From an uncultured delta proteobacterium (lineage in GTDB: Bacteria > Myxococcota > Myxococcia > Myxococcales > Anaeromyxobacteraceae): DNA of 39,645 nt. The stretch spans positions 1-39,645 of the forward strand of contig CAWJSR010000018.1 in NCBI GenBank assembly GCA_963845515.1, given 5' to 3'. Positions 35,629 through 39,645 of this stretch are shown here, piece after piece (the first letter of the stretch is position 1; each line of letters begins with the position of its first letter). The position numbers were made by a program, and so were the translations under genes. The notes under the pieces are model-generated. The model ran no database searches and had not been told where the DNA came from. It was given only the letters and a program-made list of their open reading frames with translations.

Positions 35629-37200
35629 ATGTATCGCATCCTCTCGTCCGTCGTGATCTTGTCGCTCCCCGCTGCCGCGTACGCTGGCTCCAGGGGGGGC
35701 GTCTCGAACGCTTCCGGGGAGAGCCGGGCGGCGCCGACCGCGGCAACCCGGGAAGTCGGGATTACCGCGACCGGCTCGACCTCGCCACGGTCTCTCGAGG
35801 ACCGCTTCGCCGACGTCGTGAACGTCAGGGACTTCGGCGCGGTCGGGGACGGCGCAACCTCCGACACGGCAGCGATTCAGGCCGCGATAGACACGATCAG
35901 TGCCCGCGGCGGCGGAGAGGTGCGCATCCCCCAGGGGATCTGGCGCTGCAACGTGAAGGTCGGAAGCAAGGTAGTGCTTCGAGGTGCGGGCCGCGCGACG
36001 GTCCTGAAGGCGGTGGCCGGATCCAACGCAGCGGTCGTCGAGGGGAGGCACTTCGCGGCCCTGACCGGGAAGCTCTTCGAACCGACGGACATCGACGCCG
36101 GCGACAACTACGTGCAGCTCAACGACCTGACGATCGACGGCGACAAAGCGGCCCAGAGCACCGGCTGGGGTGTACGCCTCTGGGGCCGCTCGTACACGTG
36201 GCGGAACGTCGTCGTGCAGAACTGCAGGTCCGGCGGTATCTGGACCGAGTTCACGACCCATCCCGGCTCCACCCCGGAGGACCTCCTCGAGAGCTTCTTC
36301 GACAACATCAAGGTCGCCAACAACGGCGGCAACGGCTGGACGTACCGCGGTCCGCACGACTCGGTGGTCAATGGTCTCATCGCCGCGAAGAATGACGGCT
36401 ACGGGTTCCAGAACGAGGGGCGGGCGGGCGGATACAACGGCGGAGTCTCCGGCACCAACTGGAACGCCTGGCTCAACGCAAAGGGCGCGTACAAGCTCGA
36501 TTGGACGGTCTCGTCGCTGGTCAACTTCATCGCGGCAGGTGAAGGGACGATTGGGCTGGACGTGTCACGGGCGACGGGCATGTCCCAGTTCGTCGGAGCG
36601 CACCTCTTCTCGTGCTCGGTCGGCGCCGTCCTTCGCGGCGTCGGGCAGGTCCTGACTGGGAGCATCTCGCACAACACCACGGCGGGGGTGAGGCTGGAGG
36701 GCGCCAGCCTGACTGCGATCGACATCACCGGTACTGCCGCCGAGGGCGTAGCGTTCGACGTCGTGTCGGAAGGCGGCGCGAACAGCATTCGAGCGACGGT
36801 GTCCACGAACGGGACCGGAAGACTCGTGGCGGGAACCTTCCGCGCAGAGGACGTGCTGTCGATCCTCGACGGGTTCGACGGCAGAGGAGTCTTCCAGTCG
36901 CCCGCGCGTTCCCAACCTCACGAGAACCTCTCCTCGCAAGGCGATCGCGTCGTGACGATCACCGACGGCGCACCCCATGCCGTCCCCAACCCCTCGCACT
37001 CCGCACAGACCGGCGAGCGGATCACGGTTCGGGTCCGGAACGCATCGGGCGGGCCCCTGGGCAAGACGACGTGGGGTCCGGCCTACAGGCTCGCGCCATG
37101 GGTCGACCCGGCGCCCGGCTACAGCCGATCAGTCGACTTCCAGTACGACGGCGCGCTCTGGATCGAGGTCTCCCGCACTGCGGTCGACGTCCCCAACTGA
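35629..37200 (+). CDS. Secreted tailspike-like beta-helix protein (pectate lyase 3/GH28-related)
   Basis: Signal peptide ending [45 protein letters not shown]; beta-helix coils; compact C-terminal beta domain. Confidence 0.82.
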   Translation: MYRILSSVVILSLPAAAYAGSRGGVSNASGESRAAPTAATREVGITATGSTSPRSLEDRFADVVNVRDFGAVGDGATSDTAAIQAAIDTISARGGGEVRIPQGIWRCNVKVGSKVVLRGAGRATVLKAVAGSNAAVVEGRHFAALTGKLFEPTDIDAGDNYVQLNDLTIDGDKAAQSTGWGVRLWGRSYTWRNVVVQNCRSGGIWTEFTTHPGSTPEDLLESFFDNIKVANNGGNGWTYRGPHDSVVNGLIAAKNDGYGFQNEGRAGGYNGGVSGTNWNAWLNAKGAYKLDWTVSSLVNFIAAGEGTIGLDVSRATGMSQFVGAHLFSCSVGAVLRGVGQVLTGSISHNTTAGVRLEGASLTAIDITGTAAEGVAFDVVSEGGANSIRATVSTNGTGRLVAGTFRAEDVLSILDGFDGRGVFQSPARSQPHENLSSQGDRVVTITDGAPHAVPNPSHSAQTGERITVRVRNASGGPLGKTTWGPAYRLAPWVDPAPGYSRSVDFQYDGALWIEVSRTAVDVPN

Positions 37201-37226
37201 ACGCTGACGGCGCCGAGAGTCGGTGG

Positions 37227-38346
37227 CTACGTCCTCCAGACCACCCGGTTCACGTAGTCCGTGTAACTCAGGATGATGCGCAGGACCTTCTCGCTGACGT
37301 TCGGCGCCATGTAGTCCGCCACCGTCCTGAGCATCCGGTCGCTCCCGCGCGACTGCCTCTCCAGCACCCCGAGCGCGACCTCGACGGTCGGCCACTCGAG
37401 GCCGGTCATCATCACCGCGCCCTCCTCCATCCCCTCGGGCCGCTCGTGCGCGTTCCGGATGTTGAGGGCCGGGAAGTTCAGGATGCTGCTCTCCTCGGTG
37501 ATGGTCCCGCTGTCGGAGAGCACCGCCTTCGCGGCGAGCTGCAGCCGAACGTAGTCGCTGAAGCCGAGCGGCTTCAGCAGCTCGACGAGCGGATCCAGCG
37601 TGACCTTCTCCGCCTCGATCCGCTTCCGCGTCCGCGGGTGGGTGGAGACGATCACGCGGTGGCCGTACGTCTTCGCGAGCCGGTTCAGCACGTCGACGAG
37701 CTTCGCGAACTGCTCCGGCGCGTCGATGTTCTCCTCGCGGTGGGCGCTGATCACGAAGTACTTGCCCGGCTCCAGCTTCAGGCGGTCGAGAACCTTCGAC
37801 GCGTCGATCTTCGGCCGGTAGTGCGTGAGCACCTCGAACATCGGGCTGCCCGTCTTGATGACCCGATCTGGCGCAAGCCCCTCGGCGAGGAGGCACTCCC
37901 GGCTGATGGCGCTGTACGGCATGTTCACGTCGCTGATGTGGTCGACGATCCTGCGGTTGATCTCCTCGGGGACCCGCTGGTCGAAGCTCCGGTTGCCGGC
38001 CTCCATGTGGAAGATGGGGATCTTCCTGCGCTTCGCGGGATAGACTCGCGAGCGAGCTGTTGGTGTCGCCGAGCAGGAGGAGCGCGTCGGGCCGCAGCGA
38101 AGCGAGCAGCTCGTCCACCTTCGCGATCACGAGGCCGACCGTCTCGGCGGCCGTCTTGCCCGCGGCGCCGAGGAAGTGGTCGGGCTTCCGGATCTCCAGA
38201 TCCTCGAAGAAGACCTGGTTCAGCTCGTAGTCGTAGTTCTGGCCCGTGTGGACGAGCACGTGCTCGACGTGCCGATCGAGGACCGGAATCACGCGGGAGA
38301 GGCGGATGATCTCGGGACGCGTTCCCACCACCGTCATGACCTTCAT
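37227..38346 (-). CDS. Non-hydrolysing UDP-N-acetylhexosamine 2-epimerase (FnlC/WbjD/Cap5G-like); apparent frameshift near 38045
   Basis: [29 protein letters not shown] in one frame, then [35 protein letters not shown] in the next. Confidence 0.88.
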
Positions 38347-38415
38347 TGCGAAGCCCTCCAATCCCTTCCTGCTGCGACCGGTGTCTTCTTCGAGACGAGC
38401 CACGCGTGGCCGGCG

Positions 38416-39605
38416 CTAGCCTCCATGCGTCCGCCCGCTGGCGACCTTGTCCAGCATCGACCTCGACTGCGCGATCGCCCCCTCGACGTCGGCAAACGCG
38501 CCACCCGCTTCTACGGCACCCGTGCGAAAAGCCAGATGCTCCGCCTCGCCCATGTCCACGCATCGCTGCAGCGTCTGGGTCCAGAGCTGCATGTCGGAGA
38601 GGGGGACATCGAACCCGGCGCGCTTCGACTCGAGCCCGCGCCAGGAGGTCGTGTCGCTCAGCACGACCGGACAGGCGGCGGTGAGCGCCTCCACGATCAC
38701 ATGGCCGAAGTTCTCGAAGCAGGTCGGAAGGACGAGGAAGTCGTAGTCGGCAAGGGTCGTTCCCACGCGCTCGGTGTGGGAGCTCCCCGCAGTACTGGAG
38801 CTTCACGTTCGAAGGGAGGCGGCGACTCGCGCCGCAGACAAGCCCTCCAGTACTCCTGATCCTCGACAGGCCCGAACACGTCCAGGGTGACCGCTCCGCT
38901 GACGGGCACCAGGGCGTCGATGGCGTGAGCGAGGTTCTTGTTGGGCACGATGCGGGAAAGGAACACCAGCCGCGCCTCTCCCTTCACCTTCGCCCGCGAC
39001 CTCGTCGCGCCCGCCAGCGCCTTTCCGACGAGGTCCCGCGCGACGAAGACGTCGTCGGTCCTCGTGCCACGAAGCGGCCCGGCGAACGCCTTCGGCGGCT
39101 TCGTCGCACGCTCGAGGGCGGTGGACGCCTGCCACCGACGCACCGTCAACCAACCCGGACAGGGCTGCGAGCCGGAGGAACGGCCACTTCTTGTAACGCT
39201 TCCGGCCGAGCGCGCTCTCGGGGAGAGCTCTCCACGGGGTGCGATGAGGAGCGGATGGCGCGGCACCTGTCCCAGTCGCCGCGCAAGCAGGTAGCTGCGG
39301 GTCAGCCCTGAGAAGAGGCTGTTGGCATAGACCACGTCCGGCCTGGCTTCCCTCAGCGCGCGTGCGACGCCGGCGCGGCTCTGCTGTTCGGGGCTCATGT
39401 AGCGGACGTGCGCGCCGTCTCGCTCGATCCATCGATCGCGCTCGACGCCGGGATAGGGGGCGGCGTCGCCCAGATCCCGGTCGCGGGTGAGCACCCAGAA
39501 CTCGTAGTCGCCCGGCATGCGCTCGACCATGCCGGCGATGGTGCGTAGCGGGCCGCCGAACCTGAACCCGGGAAGGAAGGCCCCGATGAGCGTGAGGATC
39601 TTCAT
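38416..39605 (-). CDS. Family 4 glycosyltransferase with several apparent frameshifts
   Basis: LPGFRFGGP, IAPRGELS, FLSRIVPNKNL, then LPTCFENFGHVIVEAL in another frame. Confidence 0.8.
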
Positions 39606-39645
39606 GCAGCGGGGTCGGGGGAGCCACGGGCGCCTGCCGGGCGCT

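Noticed and set aside
22250..37200. Shared C-terminal VPD/VPN ending of the two beta-helix proteins as a sorting signal
   Set aside because: Too short to be significant and lacks the TM helix and basic tail of PEP-CTERM/MYXO-CTERM signals.

Overview
Very GC-rich bacterial DNA (codon usage and protein style suggest an Anaeromyxobacter-like Myxococcota organism; this is inference). It looks like an error-prone long-read assembly, because at least seven genes are split by apparent small indels. (1) Bases 1-1173 are an indel-rich reverse-complement mirror of 1201-2378, most likely a fold-back artefact. (2) About 1.5-4.2 kb holds three adjacent type II toxin-antitoxin pairs (RHH-like/PIN, Xre-MbcA/RES, Phd/PIN) with visible promoters, and operator-like palindromes at two of them. 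(3) About 4.2-10.6 kb holds a UDP-sugar epimerase, a ~1540-aa secreted multicopper oxidase (MofA/OmpB-like, FN3-like domain plus five Ig-like repeats) and a membrane-anchored hypothetical protein. (4) About 10.6-39.6 kb is a large Wzx/Wzy/Wzc-type surface polysaccharide region: a PglC/D/E/F-like bacillosamine set, several GT4/GT2 transferases, two methyltransferases, an O-acetyltransferase, a WecA/WbpL-like initiator, a second CapD paralogue, a TagD-like cytidylyltransferase, an exported metallophosphoesterase, two secreted beta-helix proteins and an FnlC-like epimerase. The region switches strand unusually often and is interrupted at 27.9-29.7 kb by a second TA-type islet (orphan HTH, DUF4160/DUF2442-HTH pair, truncated PIN). 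No rRNA, tRNA, CRISPR array, transposase or integrase was seen.
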